DNA of 57,490 nucleotides from an uncultured Hymenobacter sp. (GTDB lineage: Bacteria; Bacteroidota; Bacteroidia; Cytophagales; Hymenobacteraceae), in assembly GCA_964514915.1 (NCBI GenBank), contig CAZERY010000001.1, forward strand, positions 1 through 57,490, read 5' to 3'. A program made the position numbers and the translations under genes. Below the pieces are notes generated by a model. The model was not told the DNA's origin. It saw nothing but the letters and a program-made list of their open reading frames with translations, and ran no database searches. Positions 42,627 to 53,525 of this stretch are shown piece after piece (position 1 is the stretch's first letter; each line of letters begins with the position of its first letter).

Positions 42627-45193
42627 AAGGCAGCGTCAAAAAATCCATTGTTACGCGGGTACGCCTTGCGTTTCTGGGGGTGGCGCTCTTTTCCGGCGCC
42701 GTGGCCTGGAAAATTTCGCACATTCAATACCAGGAAGGCGCCAAGTGGCGCGCCCTGGAGCAGGAGCGCCGCATCAGCTACCAAGCAGTGCCCGCTACTC
42801 GGGGGAATATATACTCTGATAACGAGAGCATTATGGCCACGTCGCTGCCCTTCTACCGGGTAGCCTGGGACCCCGGTGTGGTCGACGATGCCTTGTTTGC
42901 TAGCAGCGTCGACTCGTTGGCCTGGCACCTGGCGCATTTCTTCCAAGACCGGAGTGTGCAGGAATACCGCCGCAAGCTAGTAGATGCCCACCAAGGCCAC
43001 GACGTACGCTACCTGCGGCTAAATTCGCGGCAGGTAAATTTCCAGGAGAAGAAGCAGCTGGCGGCCTGGCCCATCTTCCGGGCCAAGCGCCGGGGCGGTG
43101 TCATTTTCGAGAAAGTGGATAAGCGCTTTCGGCCGTTTGGCGGGCTAGCGCAGCGCACGGTGGGTTTCATCAACGAGGACCGCAACGGCGCGGGGTTGGA
43201 ATTTACTTTTCAGCAGAAGCTAGCGGGCAAGTCGGGCGAGGCGCTGTTTGAGCGCGTGCCCGGCGGCCTCAAGCCGGTGTATGACGGCACCGAGATCAAG
43301 CCCCAGCCGGGCTACGATGTGAAGACGACGCTCGACATCAACCTCCAGGATGGTGCCGAGGAAGCGCTCTACAAAGCCTTGGTAGCCAACGATGCCAAGT
43401 ACGGCTGCGTGATTTTGATGGAAGTAAAAACCGGCGAAATCAAGGCCGTGGCTAACCTGGGCAAGGCCACTGACGGTACTTATAAGGAGGACTACAATTA
43501 CGCCTTTGCCGACCAGGGCCGCACTGAGCCGGGCTCGACGTTCAAGCTGGCGTCGATGATGGCCGTGATGGAAGCCGACCCTAGCCTGAAGCTCGATGAC
43601 ATCGTGGATACCGGCCCGGGCCGCATGTTTATTGGCGGCGCCGTGAAGACCGACTCGCACGCCAACGGTCGCATTACGGTGCAGCAGGTGTTTGAGAAGT
43701 CGAGCAACATCGGCGTGGCCCGGCTGGTGCAGGAGCATTTTGCCGGCAACCCCACGCGCTACACCGACTACCTCAAGCGCTTTGGGCTCGACAAGCCGCT
43801 GGGTTTCCAAATGAGCGGCGAGGCGCTGCCCTACGTGAAAGACCCGCGCGACCCTAGCTGGAGCCGGACCTCGCTTTCGACGATGGCTATCGGCTACGAG
43901 CTGAAGCTGGCCCCCCTGCAAACGCTGACCTTTTACAATGCCGTGGCCAACGGCGGTGTGAAGGTGGCGCCCATGATTGTAAAGCAAATCAAGCAGGCCG
44001 ACCAGGTAGTGGAGCAGTTTGAGACGCAGGTGCTTAACCCGAAAATCTGCTCGGAACCCACGCTGCGCAAGCTGCACGCCATGCTCGAAGGCGTGGTGGT
44101 GGAGGGTACGGCCAAGGCGATTCGGCCCAAAGACTACAGCATTGCGGGCAAAACCGGTACGGCCTGGAAGTTTAAAAACGGCCAGTATACCAAAACGTAT
44201 TCGACCAGCTTCTGCGGGTTTTTTCCGGCCGATCGGCCCAAGTACAGCTGCATTGTGGTAATTGACTCGCCGAGCAAAGGCCGCATCTACGGCGGCGACG
44301 TGGCCGCCCCGGTTTTCCGCGATATTGCCGACCGCTGCATGGCGCGCGACCAAGCCAGCCAGCGGCCCATGCTGGCGCGCGTTCCGGCCCGGCGCGCGCC
44401 GGTGCCCCTGGTGCGGGCAGGCTTGCAGGATGAAATCGCGCTGGTGTGCCAGAAAATTGGCTTGCCGGGCCAAACCCAGGCCACCGGCGGCGAAGAATGG
44501 GTGCGCGCCACGCCGGCTGTTGATACTGCTTTTGTGGCGCGCACTGTGGCGTTGCGGCCCAACGCCAGCGTGGCCCACCCCGGCCGGATGCCCGACGTGC
44601 GCGGCCTCACCCTGCGCGACGCCTTGTTTTTGCTCGAAAACCGAGGCCTGAAAGTGCAAGCCCTCGGTACCGGCCGGGTGCGCGAGCAGTCGGTAGCTCC
44701 CGGCGACCCCGCCCGGCGTGGCTTGGTAGTAAGCCTGGTGCTGACGCCCACCGCTAGCCTGCCCGCGGCGCCCGCGGCCCTGCCCGAGCCTACCCACACC
44801 GAGATTGTGGAAAATACGCTGCTAGTGCCGGCCGAAGCGAGCAGCCACCTCAAGGCCGTAAAGCCCGCTGCCAAACCCGCGCCGAAGCCTGCGTCTGCTC
44901 CCACGACCACAGCCGAAGCTAGCCAGCCAGCTACCACCGAAGAGCCGGCCCGCACTACGACCAAGCCGGCCAAAAAAGCGGCTGACCCGACCAAGTCTAC
45001 CGCTGCCGCCGAGAAAAAGTCGGCTAGCTCGGCTAAGTCGGATAAGGCTAAAACCGGGAAGTCGAAGCCGGCTACCAAGCCTAAAAAAGCCGCCGAGAGC
45101 CAACCCGATATCCGGACTACGCCGCGCACTTCCGTACCAACGCCTGCGGCAGGCCACGCCGCGGCTAAAAATAAAACTCCCAAACGCGCATGA
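42623..45193 (+). CDS. ftsI: Septal transpeptidase PBP3 with PASTA domain
   Basis: RGNIYS, EPGSTFK, SSN, KTGT motifs; MPDVRGL.LRDA PASTA. Confidence 0.95.
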   Translation: MKGSVKKSIVTRVRLAFLGVALFSGAVAWKISHIQYQEGAKWRALEQERRISYQAVPATRGNIYSDNESIMATSLPFYRVAWDPGVVDDALFASSVDSLAWHLAHFFQDRSVQEYRRKLVDAHQGHDVRYLRLNSRQVNFQEKKQLAAWPIFRAKRRGGVIFEKVDKRFRPFGGLAQRTVGFINEDRNGAGLEFTFQQKLAGKSGEALFERVPGGLKPVYDGTEIKPQPGYDVKTTLDINLQDGAEEALYKALVANDAKYGCVILMEVKTGEIKAVANLGKATDGTYKEDYNYAFADQGRTEPGSTFKLASMMAVMEADPSLKLDDIVDTGPGRMFIGGAVKTDSHANGRITVQQVFEKSSNIGVARLVQEHFAGNPTRYTDYLKRFGLDKPLGFQMSGEALPYVKDPRDPSWSRTSLSTMAIGYELKLAPLQTLTFYNAVANGGVKVAPMIVKQIKQADQVVEQFETQVLNPKICSEPTLRKLHAMLEGVVVEGTAKAIRPKDYSIAGKTGTAWKFKNGQYTKTYSTSFCGFFPADRPKYSCIVVIDSPSKGRIYGGDVAAPVFRDIADRCMARDQASQRPMLARVPARRAPVPLVRAGLQDEIALVCQKIGLPGQTQATGGEEWVRATPAVDTAFVARTVALRPNASVAHPGRMPDVRGLTLRDALFLLENRGLKVQALGTGRVREQSVAPGDPARRGLVVSLVLTPTASLPAAPAALPEPTHTEIVENTLLVPAEASSHLKAVKPAAKPAPKPASAPTTTAEASQPATTEEPARTTTKPAKKAADPTKSTAAAEKKSASSAKSDKAKTGKSKPATKPKKAAESQPDIRTTPRTSVPTPAAGHAAAKNKTPKRA

Positions 45194-46662
45194 GTCTGCT
45201 TCCGCTTTTTGCCCTGCTCGCCGAGATTCCGGTGCTCGCCCAGCACGGTAGCCCCGACGTGCCTGTGGCCGGCCTCACGCTCGACTCGCGCCAGGCTGGG
45301 CCGGGCCAGCTGTTCTGCGCCCTGCGCGGCACGGCCACCGATGGCCACCACTTTATCGATAAAGCCGTGGCGCTGGGCGCGGCCGTGGTAGTCTGCGAAG
45401 AGCTGCCGGCTACGCTAAACTTAGCTACCACTTACGTACAGGTGGCCGACAGCGCCGCCGCGCTCGGGCCCATTGCCAGCGCGTTCTACGGCCACCCGTC
45501 GCGCCAGCTCACCCTAGTGGGCGTCACGGGCACCAATGGCAAAACGACCTGCGCCACGCTGCTGCACAAGCTGTTTCGCGAGCTAGGCTACCACGCAGGC
45601 CTGCTGAGTACCGTGCAAAACCAGATTGACGAAACCGTCATCGCAAGCACCCACACCACGCCCGACGCCATTCGGCTGAACGAGCTGCTGGCCAAGATGC
45701 TGGCCGCCGGCTGCACCCACGTCTGCATGGAAGTGAGCAGCCACGCCGTGGCCCAGCACCGGGTGGGTGGCCTGCGCTTCGCGGGCGGTATTTTCACCAA
45801 CCTCACCCATGACCACCTCGACTACCACGGCACGTTTGATAATTACCTGAAAGCCAAAAAGGGTTTTTTCGACGCCTTGCCCAAGGCGGCGTTTGCCCTT
45901 ACGAATGCCGATGATAAGCGCGGCCCGGTAATGCTGCAAAATACCGCGGCCCGCCGCGCCACCTACTCGCTGCGCTCAGCGGCCACCTTCCGCGCCCGCC
46001 TGGTGGCCAATGAGCTGCACGGCCTGCACCTGGAGGTAGATGACCGCGAAGTGCAGTTTCGCCTCATTGGCGTGTTTAATGCCTACAACCTGCTGGCCGT
46101 GTATGGGGCCGCCGTGCTGCTGGGCGAAGACCCCACCGAAACGCTCACCATTCTCTCGGGGCTGACGACGGCGCCCGGCCGCTTCGAGCCCGTATCGGTG
46201 CCGAATAGCGCTATTCTGGGCCTCGTAGATTATGCCCATACGCCCGACGCGCTCGAAAACGTGCTCCAAACCCTGCACCAGACGCGCCGGCCCGAACAGC
46301 GCATTATTACGGTGGTGGGCTGCGGCGGCAACCGCGACGCGGCCAAGCGCCCCATCATGGCCCGGCTAGCTGCCCAGCTCTCCGACCAGGTTATCCTCAC
46401 CGCCGATAACCCGCGCGACGAAGACCCGCTCGAAATTTTGCGCCAGATGCAGGCGGGTATTTTGCCGCCCGCCGATGCCCACACGCAGCTGCTGGCCGAC
46501 CGGCGCCAAGCCATCCGGGCGGCGGTGGCGCTGGCCCGCCCCGGCGACCTCGTGCTGGTAGCTGGCAAAGGCCACGAAACTTACCAGGAAATTAAAGGGG
46601 TGAAATTACCCTTCGACGACCGTGAAGAACTCCGCGCGGCGCTCCTTTCAAGTAACAAGTAA
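45190..46662 (+). CDS. murE: UDP-MurNAc-dipeptide:meso-DAP ligase
   Basis: GVTGTNGKTT, MEVSSH, FTNLTHDHLDYH, DYAHTPDAL, DNPR, AGKGHE. Confidence 0.97.
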   Translation: MSLLPLFALLAEIPVLAQHGSPDVPVAGLTLDSRQAGPGQLFCALRGTATDGHHFIDKAVALGAAVVVCEELPATLNLATTYVQVADSAAALGPIASAFYGHPSRQLTLVGVTGTNGKTTCATLLHKLFRELGYHAGLLSTVQNQIDETVIASTHTTPDAIRLNELLAKMLAAGCTHVCMEVSSHAVAQHRVGGLRFAGGIFTNLTHDHLDYHGTFDNYLKAKKGFFDALPKAAFALTNADDKRGPVMLQNTAARRATYSLRSAATFRARLVANELHGLHLEVDDREVQFRLIGVFNAYNLLAVYGAAVLLGEDPTETLTILSGLTTAPGRFEPVSVPNSAILGLVDYAHTPDALENVLQTLHQTRRPEQRIITVVGCGGNRDAAKRPIMARLAAQLSDQVILTADNPRDEDPLEILRQMQAGILPPADAHTQLLADRRQAIRAAVALARPGDLVLVAGKGHETYQEIKGVKLPFDDREELRAALLSSNK

Positions 46663-46768
46663 CAAATAACAATTAACATTTAGCAACTCATTTGGGATAA
46701 TGCCGCAAGCAAACCTTGTCGGTTGACTAGCAAGCACTTGTTAAGTGTTAAATGATAACTGCTAAATG
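46649..46768. repeat. Inverted arrays of 7-bp tandem repeats between murE and mraY
   Basis: CAAGTAA CAAGTAA CAAATAA CAATTAA CATTTAG ... TTAAGTG TTAAATG ATAACTG CTAAATG. Confidence 0.65.
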
Positions 46769-46777
46769 AAATAATTT

Positions 46778-47998
46778 ATGCTCTATTACCTCTTTCGTTA
46801 CCTCCACGAGCACTATCACCTGGCTGGCACGGGCGTGTTTCAGTACACGACTTTTCGCGCCGGGCTTTCGGTGATTGTCTCGCTGCTCATCGCCCAGATT
46901 TTCGGCGGCAAGCTTATTAATGTATTGCAGCGCAAGCAAGTAGGCGAAAGTATCCGTGACCTGGGCTTGCAGGGCCAAACCGAGAAAAAAGGTACGCCGA
47001 CCATGGGCGGCCTCATCATTTTGCTGGCTATTCTAGTGCCGGTTCTGTTGTTTGCCCGGCTGCGCAACATTTACATTATTCTCATGCTGCTCAGTACGGT
47101 GTGGCTTGGGCTGATTGGGTTCTTGGACGACTACATCAAGGTTTTTCGCAAGAATAAAGAAGGACTGAGCGGCCGATTTAAAGTGTTGGGCCAGATTGGC
47201 TTAGGCTTGACGGTAGGCTGGGTGCTGTTTTACAGCAACGAGATTACGGTGCGGGAATACCTGCTGCCCAATGGCCAGTATTCGGCCGTCGATGCAACCA
47301 AGCTATTTAGGGATGTGCATCTGGCCATTACCACGGTGCCGTTTATGAAAAACAACGAGTTGAATTACGGTGACTTGTTTGCGCAGGCCGGTACGGCCTT
47401 CAAGGGGCTGTACGGGTTGTTTTACATTCCCATCGTAGTTTTTCTGATAACCGCCATCAGCAACGGCGCTAACCTTACGGACGGCCTCGATGGGCTGGCA
47501 GCTGGTACTTCGGCCATCATCGGGGTCACGCTGGCCATTTTTGCCTTCGTAAGCGGCAATGCGCTGCTCGCTGACTACCTGGATGTTATGTTTATTCCTG
47601 ACTCCGGCGAGTTAGTTGTCTTCTGTACGGCCTTCGTGGGCGCGTGCATCGGGTTTTTGTGGTACAACTCATATCCGGCCCAAGTATTTATGGGTGATAC
47701 CGGCTCGCTGGCACTCGGCGGAATTATCACGGTGCTAGCCCTGGCAGTGCGCAAAGAATTGCTCATACCTATTCTGTGTGGGGTATTTATTATTGAAAAC
47801 TTGTCGGTGGTAGTGCAGGTGAGCTGGTTTAAATACACCAAGCGCAAGTATGGTGAAGGCCGCCGGTTGCTGCGCATGTCGCCGCTGCACCACCACTACC
47901 AAAAGCTCGGCTACCACGAATCCAAAATCGTATCGCGGTTCTGGATCGTTGGTATTATGCTGGCTATCATTACATTGGTTACTTTAAAATTACGTTAA
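46778..47998 (+). CDS. mraY: Phospho-MurNAc-pentapeptide transferase
   Basis: [38 protein letters not shown]. Confidence 0.97.
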   Translation: MLYYLFRYLHEHYHLAGTGVFQYTTFRAGLSVIVSLLIAQIFGGKLINVLQRKQVGESIRDLGLQGQTEKKGTPTMGGLIILLAILVPVLLFARLRNIYIILMLLSTVWLGLIGFLDDYIKVFRKNKEGLSGRFKVLGQIGLGLTVGWVLFYSNEITVREYLLPNGQYSAVDATKLFRDVHLAITTVPFMKNNELNYGDLFAQAGTAFKGLYGLFYIPIVVFLITAISNGANLTDGLDGLAAGTSAIIGVTLAIFAFVSGNALLADYLDVMFIPDSGELVVFCTAFVGACIGFLWYNSYPAQVFMGDTGSLALGGIITVLALAVRKELLIPILCGVFIIENLSVVVQVSWFKYTKRKYGEGRRLLRMSPLHHHYQKLGYHESKIVSRFWIVGIMLAIITLVTLKLR

Positions 47999-48001
47999 GC
48001 T

Positions 48002-49369
48002 ATGGCCGAAAGCGTGAAAAATATGGTCGTGCTTGGCGCGGCTGAAAGTGGAGTCGGTGCTGCCCTGCTGGCCCAGGCCAAGGGCTACACCGTGTTCGTA
48101 TCCGACCGCGGGCCCATCCAGCCGGCTTATAAGGCGAAGCTAGCTGGCGCCAACATTGAGTTTGAGGAAAATATGCATTCCCTCGACCGTATTCTGCAAG
48201 CGACGGAAGTAGTGAAAAGCCCCGGTATTCCGGAAAAAGCGCCGGTAATTAAGGCCCTGCGCGAAAAGCATATTCCCATCGTATCAGAAATTGAGTTTGC
48301 CGCGCGCTACACGAAGGCCCGTTTTGTGGCCATTACCGGCACCAATGGCAAGACGACCACCACCCTGCTTACCCACCATTTACTGAAGGAAGCGGGCCTG
48401 AACGTGGGGCTGGCGGGCAATATCGGCTACTCGCTGGCTGAGCAGGTAATCGAGGATAAGCACACGCATTACGTGCTGGAGCTGAGTAGCTTTCAGCTCG
48501 ATGATAGCAAGGATTTTCACCCCTGGATAGCGCTGCTGCTCAACATTACCCCCGACCACCTCGACCGCTACGAGTATTCGCTCGAAAAATACGCCCAGGC
48601 TAAGCTACGCATTGCCGAAAACCTGTTTATCAACGATTACCTGATTTATAACGCCGACGATGAGAATATTGAGCGCTTCCTGACCACGGCGTTCATGACG
48701 GCTTTTACGCTGCCTTTCAGCCTGCACCATCGCCCCGATTATCACCTGGCCGGCTACTACGAAGACGATAGCACGCTGCGGGTGCACCTGCCCATCGAAG
48801 ACCTGCATCCCGATAAGGTGAGCATCCGCAATGCGCCGCTCATTGGCCAGCACAACCAGCAGAATATGGCGGCGGCCATCCTGGCGGCGCGGGTGGCCGG
48901 CGTTTCGCCCGCCCAAATTGAGGCGGCGCTGCCCACCTTCAAAAATGCGGAGCACCGCTTGCAGTTAGTCCGGGAGATTAACGGGGTGCAGTTTATCGAT
49001 GATAGCAAAGCCACCAACGTCGAAGCGGCCTGGTACGCGCTCGACGGCATTAAGCACCCCATCGTATGGATAGCTGGCGGCACCGACAAGGGCAACGACT
49101 ACGCTACCATTAAGCCGCTGGCCCAGCAAAAAGTAAAGGCGCTCGTGTGCCTGGGTGTGGACAACGCCAAGCTACGCGCGGCTTTTGAAGGCGACGTGCC
49201 GCACCTCGAAGAAACCCAGAGCATGGCCGACGCCGTGCGCCGCGCCGCCGCGCTGGCCCGGCCTGGCGACGTGGTGCTGCTATCGCCCTGCTGCGCCAGC
49301 TTCGATTTATTTAAGAATTACGAAGACCGCGGCCGGCAATTTGCGGCGGCGGTCCGGGATTTAGCGTGA
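48002..49369 (+). CDS. murD: UDP-MurNAc-L-Ala:D-Glu ligase
   Basis: KSPGIP, ITGTNGKTTT, ELSSFQL, DHLDRY, DSKATN, LLSP.CASFD. Confidence 0.97.
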   Translation: MAESVKNMVVLGAAESGVGAALLAQAKGYTVFVSDRGPIQPAYKAKLAGANIEFEENMHSLDRILQATEVVKSPGIPEKAPVIKALREKHIPIVSEIEFAARYTKARFVAITGTNGKTTTTLLTHHLLKEAGLNVGLAGNIGYSLAEQVIEDKHTHYVLELSSFQLDDSKDFHPWIALLLNITPDHLDRYEYSLEKYAQAKLRIAENLFINDYLIYNADDENIERFLTTAFMTAFTLPFSLHHRPDYHLAGYYEDDSTLRVHLPIEDLHPDKVSIRNAPLIGQHNQQNMAAAILAARVAGVSPAQIEAALPTFKNAEHRLQLVREINGVQFIDDSKATNVEAAWYALDGIKHPIVWIAGGTDKGNDYATIKPLAQQKVKALVCLGVDNAKLRAAFEGDVPHLEETQSMADAVRRAAALARPGDVVLLSPCCASFDLFKNYEDRGRQFAAAVRDLA

Positions 49370-49400
49370 TGTTCTCTTGAACTCTGGGCAAGCATTAACT

Positions 49401-50597
49401 ATGGAAACCACCCGCCACACTTGGCTCCAGCGCAACCTCAAGGGCGACCCCATTTTGTGGGCCATTGTCATCCTGTTTTCGCTCATCAGCATTGCCGTGG
49501 TGTACTCGGCCACTGGTACGCTCGCGTACCGCAACGAGCTGCACGGCCGCACGGGCTCGGTCGAGATGATCGTGTTGAAGCACAGTAGCTTGATCTTCAT
49601 TGGGCTGGCCCTCATGTGGTTGGCGCACCGCATCGACTATCGTCACTATTCGCGGTTGTCGCTCTACGCGCTACTCTTGTCGGTGCCGCTGCTGCTGTTT
49701 ACCTATTTCATGGGCGGCGAAACGAACGGCGCCTCGCGCTGGCTCACCATCCCGGTTATCAATCAAACGTTTCAGCCTTCCGACCTGGCCAAGCTCGCCT
49801 TGATTTCGCACCTGGCTAGTATGCTGAGCCGCCGCCAGCAGCACCTGCACGACTTCTGGAGCACGCTCTTTCCGGTGATGCTGTGGGTGGGCGTGATCTG
49901 CGGGCTGATTGTATTGTCCAACGCCTCGACGGCGCTGCTGCTGTTCCTCACCTGCCTGCTGCTCATGTTTATCGGCCGCGTACCCATGAAGCAAATGCTA
50001 GTAATGGTGGCCATCGGCGTAATACTCGGCGGGGCGGGGCTAGCCGCGGGGCAGCGCCTGGGCACGGTAGTATCGCGCATTACCAACTTTACCGATCACA
50101 CCAAGAAAACTCCGTTTCAGCTCGAACACTCCTTTATCGCCATTGCCACGGGCGGCCTTACGGGCAAGGGCCCCGGCAAAAGCACCGAGCGCAATATCAT
50201 GCCGCACCCGTATTCCGACTTTATCTACGCCATTATCATCGAAGAATACGGCATGATTGGCGGGCTGCTGGTGCTATTTCTGTACCTCGCTTTCTTGTAC
50301 CGAGGGCTCAAAACTGTGATGAATAGCCAGGGCGCTTTCGGCGGTTTGCTGTCGGCGGGCCTAAGCTTTAGTCTGGTTTTGCAGGCAATGGTAAATATGG
50401 GAGTGGCCGTGGGGCTCGGGCCCGTGACGGGCCTGCCGCTACCCATGCTAAGTATGGGTGGTACTTCACTCATATTCACGGGGTTAAGCGTCGGAATCAT
50501 TCTGGCGGTAAGCCGTGGCGAGCGGGAAATCCGGCCCATGACTGGCGAGCCGGCCGACACGCCGCGCATTCCGAGCAAGCGCGCTGCCTACGCCTAA
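49401..50597 (+). CDS. ftsW: SEDS peptidoglycan polymerase FtsW
   Basis: NGASRW, FQPSD.AK, SDFIYAII.EEYG, PVTG.PLP.LS.GGTS. Confidence 0.96.
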   Translation: METTRHTWLQRNLKGDPILWAIVILFSLISIAVVYSATGTLAYRNELHGRTGSVEMIVLKHSSLIFIGLALMWLAHRIDYRHYSRLSLYALLLSVPLLLFTYFMGGETNGASRWLTIPVINQTFQPSDLAKLALISHLASMLSRRQQHLHDFWSTLFPVMLWVGVICGLIVLSNASTALLLFLTCLLLMFIGRVPMKQMLVMVAIGVILGGAGLAAGQRLGTVVSRITNFTDHTKKTPFQLEHSFIAIATGGLTGKGPGKSTERNIMPHPYSDFIYAIIIEEYGMIGGLLVLFLYLAFLYRGLKTVMNSQGAFGGLLSAGLSFSLVLQAMVNMGVAVGLGPVTGLPLPMLSMGGTSLIFTGLSVGIILAVSRGEREIRPMTGEPADTPRIPSKRAAYA

Positions 50598-50639
50598 AAA
50601 TGTCGGGGCGGCAGATAGGAATTACTAAGAAAACTACCC

Positions 50640-51728
50640 ATGAAATTTATTATCTCAGGTGGCGGCACGGGGGGGCATATTTTCCCGGCGGTGGCAATTG
50701 CCAACGAAATTCGGCGCCGGCAGCCCGACGCAGCAATTCTGTTTGTGGGCGCCAACGGCCGCATGGAGATGACGCGCGTGCCTGAGGCCGGCTACGACAT
50801 TGTGGGCCTGGATATTACCGGTTTGCAGCGCCGGCTCACGCCGCAGAATATTCTATTTCCGGTGCGAGTATTTCGCGCGGTGCGCAAGGCCGGCAAATTA
50901 ATTCAGGAATTTCGGCCCGATGCCGTAGTGGGTGTGGGCGGCTACGCCTCGGCGCCGGTACTGCTAGCGGCCACTTCGCGCCATATTCCGAGCCTGATTC
51001 AGGAACAGAATTCCTACGCCGGGCTGGTGAACAAGCTGCTCGCTCGCCGCGTCGCCAAAATCTGCGTGGCGTACGACCACATGGAACAGTTTTTTCCAGC
51101 CGATAAGCTAGTCTTGACCGGTAACCCGGTGCGCACCGAAATTGCCCACGGTAGTCGCGCCGAAGCCCTGCGGTTTTTTAACCTCGATCCTACTAAAAAA
51201 ACGCTTCTCGTAGTGGGCGGCAGCCTGGGCGCGCGCACCCTCAACCAGGCTACCGCCGCTGCCCTGGCTCAGCTGCGCGAAGCGGGCGTGCAGCTGCTCT
51301 GGCAAACCGGTAAGCTATATTATCCCGAAGCCCAGCAGCTGGCAGCTCCTTACGCCCCCGACCACCTTTACGCCCTGGAGTTTATTCAGCGGATGGACCT
51401 GGCTTATGCCGCGGCCGACGTGGTGATTAGCCGCGCTGGGGCACTCTCCGTGTCAGAGCTTTGCCTGACGGGTAAAGCCGCGGTACTGGTGCCGTCGCCC
51501 AACGTAGCCGAAGACCACCAAACCAAAAATGCGTTGGCCTTGGTGAATAAAGGCGCCGCGGTGCTTATCACCGATGAGCACGCGCCCGCTCGCCTCTACC
51601 CCGAAACCCTGCGCCTGCTTGCCGACCCCGACCGTCAGCAGCAGCTCAGTGCGCGCGTGCGCGAGCTCGCTCGCTCCGACGCCACGCGGGAGATTGTGGA
51701 CGAATTATTCAAGCTAATAAAAAAGTAA
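50640..51728 (+). CDS. murG: Lipid II GlcNAc transferase
   Basis: GGGTGGHIFP, QEQNS, GNPVR, GGSLGA, ISRAGA, HQ.KNA. Confidence 0.97.
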   Translation: MKFIISGGGTGGHIFPAVAIANEIRRRQPDAAILFVGANGRMEMTRVPEAGYDIVGLDITGLQRRLTPQNILFPVRVFRAVRKAGKLIQEFRPDAVVGVGGYASAPVLLAATSRHIPSLIQEQNSYAGLVNKLLARRVAKICVAYDHMEQFFPADKLVLTGNPVRTEIAHGSRAEALRFFNLDPTKKTLLVVGGSLGARTLNQATAAALAQLREAGVQLLWQTGKLYYPEAQQLAAPYAPDHLYALEFIQRMDLAYAAADVVISRAGALSVSELCLTGKAAVLVPSPNVAEDHQTKNALALVNKGAAVLITDEHAPARLYPETLRLLADPDRQQQLSARVRELARSDATREIVDELFKLIKK

Positions 51729-51801
51729 ATCCGAAAAGAAAGTCTGGCAGCGTGCACTAAAGCGCGACGTTCTCTTCGCTATTGATTACCACCATCTTGT
51801 A

Positions 51802-53193
51802 ATGCAGCAGTTTCCCTACGTATTCTTTCTTGGTATTGGCGGCATTGGCATGTCGGCGCTGGCGCGCTGGTTTAAAGCTAATGGCCACCAGGTCAGTGGC
51901 TACGACAAAACCGCAACGCCCCTCACCCAAGCGCTGCAAGCCGAGGGAATTGCCGTGCACTATACCGATGCGGTAGCGAATATTCCGGCGGAAATTTGCA
52001 CCAATAAAGCGCAGGTATTAGTGGTGCTCACGCCCGCTATTCCGGCGGCCAGCCAGGAGTGGGCGTGGCTCCGCGAGCAGGGCTACGACATTCGCAAGCG
52101 CAGCCAGGTGCTGGGCGTGCTCACCCAGGGCCGGCCCACCATTGCAGTAGCCGGCACCCACGGCAAAACCACCACCAGCAGCATGGTGGCCCATTTGCTG
52201 CACCACGCGGGCCTCGACGTCGGCGCCTTTCTGGGTGGCATTGCGGTCAATCTGGGATCAAATTTATTGCTGCCGGCTAGCCCCACGGCGCCCGTAGTGG
52301 TAGAGGCCGACGAGTACGACCGCAGCTTCCTGACCCTGAGCCCCGACGTGGCTATCGTTACGAGCACCGACGCCGACCACCTCGATATTTATGGCGATCA
52401 GCAGGCGCTCATCGATTCGTTTTGCCAATTCGTGAGCCAGCTCAAGCCCGGGGGTACGCTGCTGCTCAACCACACCGCCGACGCGCGCGTGGCCGCGGCC
52501 GTGCCTCCCGGCACGCGGGTGTTGCGCTATGGCCTGACTGCCGCGCAGGGGCCCGATTTATTTGCGGCGAATGTTACAGCCGAAGGTCACCAATTCCGCT
52601 TCGATTTGCACGGCCCGCAGGGCGTGGTGGCTGGGCTAAGGCTGGCGGTGCCAGGGTTTCATAACGTCGAAAATATGCTGGCGGCCGCGGCGGCCGCGCA
52701 GGTTTTCGGGATTACGCCAGCGCAACTCCCTGAAGCTGTGGCTGCCTACCGCGGGGTGAAAAGACGGTTTGAATTTGTTGTAACCAGCGGCACCAAAGTG
52801 TACGTAGACGACTACGCTCATCACCCGCGCGAGATTGAGGCTTTTCTGCGTTCACTGCGGACGTTATATCCTGGCAAGCGGTTGCGCGTCATTTTTCAGC
52901 CGCACCTGTTTACGCGCACCCGCGATTTTGCCGCTGGCTTTGCCAGTAGCTTGAGCTTGGCCGATGAGGTCGTACTACTGGATATTTATCCGGCTCGGGA
53001 GCTGCCCTTACCGGGAATAACTTCCGAGATGCTGCTGGGCGCCATTACGTCGCCAATCAAATCTTTGCAAACCAAAGAGCAGGTAGTAGAAAATGCGCGT
53101 CAGAATACGGCATTCGATGTACTTGCTACCGTCGGAGCCGGCGATATTGATGCCCTCGTGGCACCTCTAAAAGAAATACTTGCCGCTCAGTAA
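51802..53193 (+). CDS. murC: UDP-MurNAc:L-Ala ligase
   Basis: GIGGIGMSALA, AGTHGKTTT, EADE.DRSF, DDYAHHP.E, FQPHLFTRTRD. Confidence 0.97.
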   Translation: MQQFPYVFFLGIGGIGMSALARWFKANGHQVSGYDKTATPLTQALQAEGIAVHYTDAVANIPAEICTNKAQVLVVLTPAIPAASQEWAWLREQGYDIRKRSQVLGVLTQGRPTIAVAGTHGKTTTSSMVAHLLHHAGLDVGAFLGGIAVNLGSNLLLPASPTAPVVVEADEYDRSFLTLSPDVAIVTSTDADHLDIYGDQQALIDSFCQFVSQLKPGGTLLLNHTADARVAAAVPPGTRVLRYGLTAAQGPDLFAANVTAEGHQFRFDLHGPQGVVAGLRLAVPGFHNVENMLAAAAAAQVFGITPAQLPEAVAAYRGVKRRFEFVVTSGTKVYVDDYAHHPREIEAFLRSLRTLYPGKRLRVIFQPHLFTRTRDFAAGFASSLSLADEVVLLDIYPARELPLPGITSEMLLGAITSPIKSLQTKEQVVENARQNTAFDVLATVGAGDIDALVAPLKEILAAQ

Positions 53194-53525
53194 ATCGGCG
53201 CCTTATTTAATAGAGTTACTATTGGCTGAAAATCAAGCACATGCCTACTTACTTAATTCGACAGTAATTCGGGGCAGATTCATTTAGCTCCGTAACACGC
53301 CAAAAAGTACCCAAAGAAGGCCTAAATATGCTGCAATAGCAGGAGTGACTAACAGCATGGAATTACTTGATGCTCATAAAGCCCTGAAAGTCATAGCATA
53401 GCAACTCTAATGACCCTACTTATAAAGCTTACCGAGCATATTCCCCGCTAGCAACTCAGTTCAACTACTTGAAAGATGACGGCTGCCTTTGCGAAATCTA
53501 CGCAACCAGCTTAATCAGTGATTCT

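Noticed and set aside
43220..44797. 525-aa antisense ORF over ftsI (also 44287-45351)
   Set aside because: Antisense shadow of a conserved essential gene
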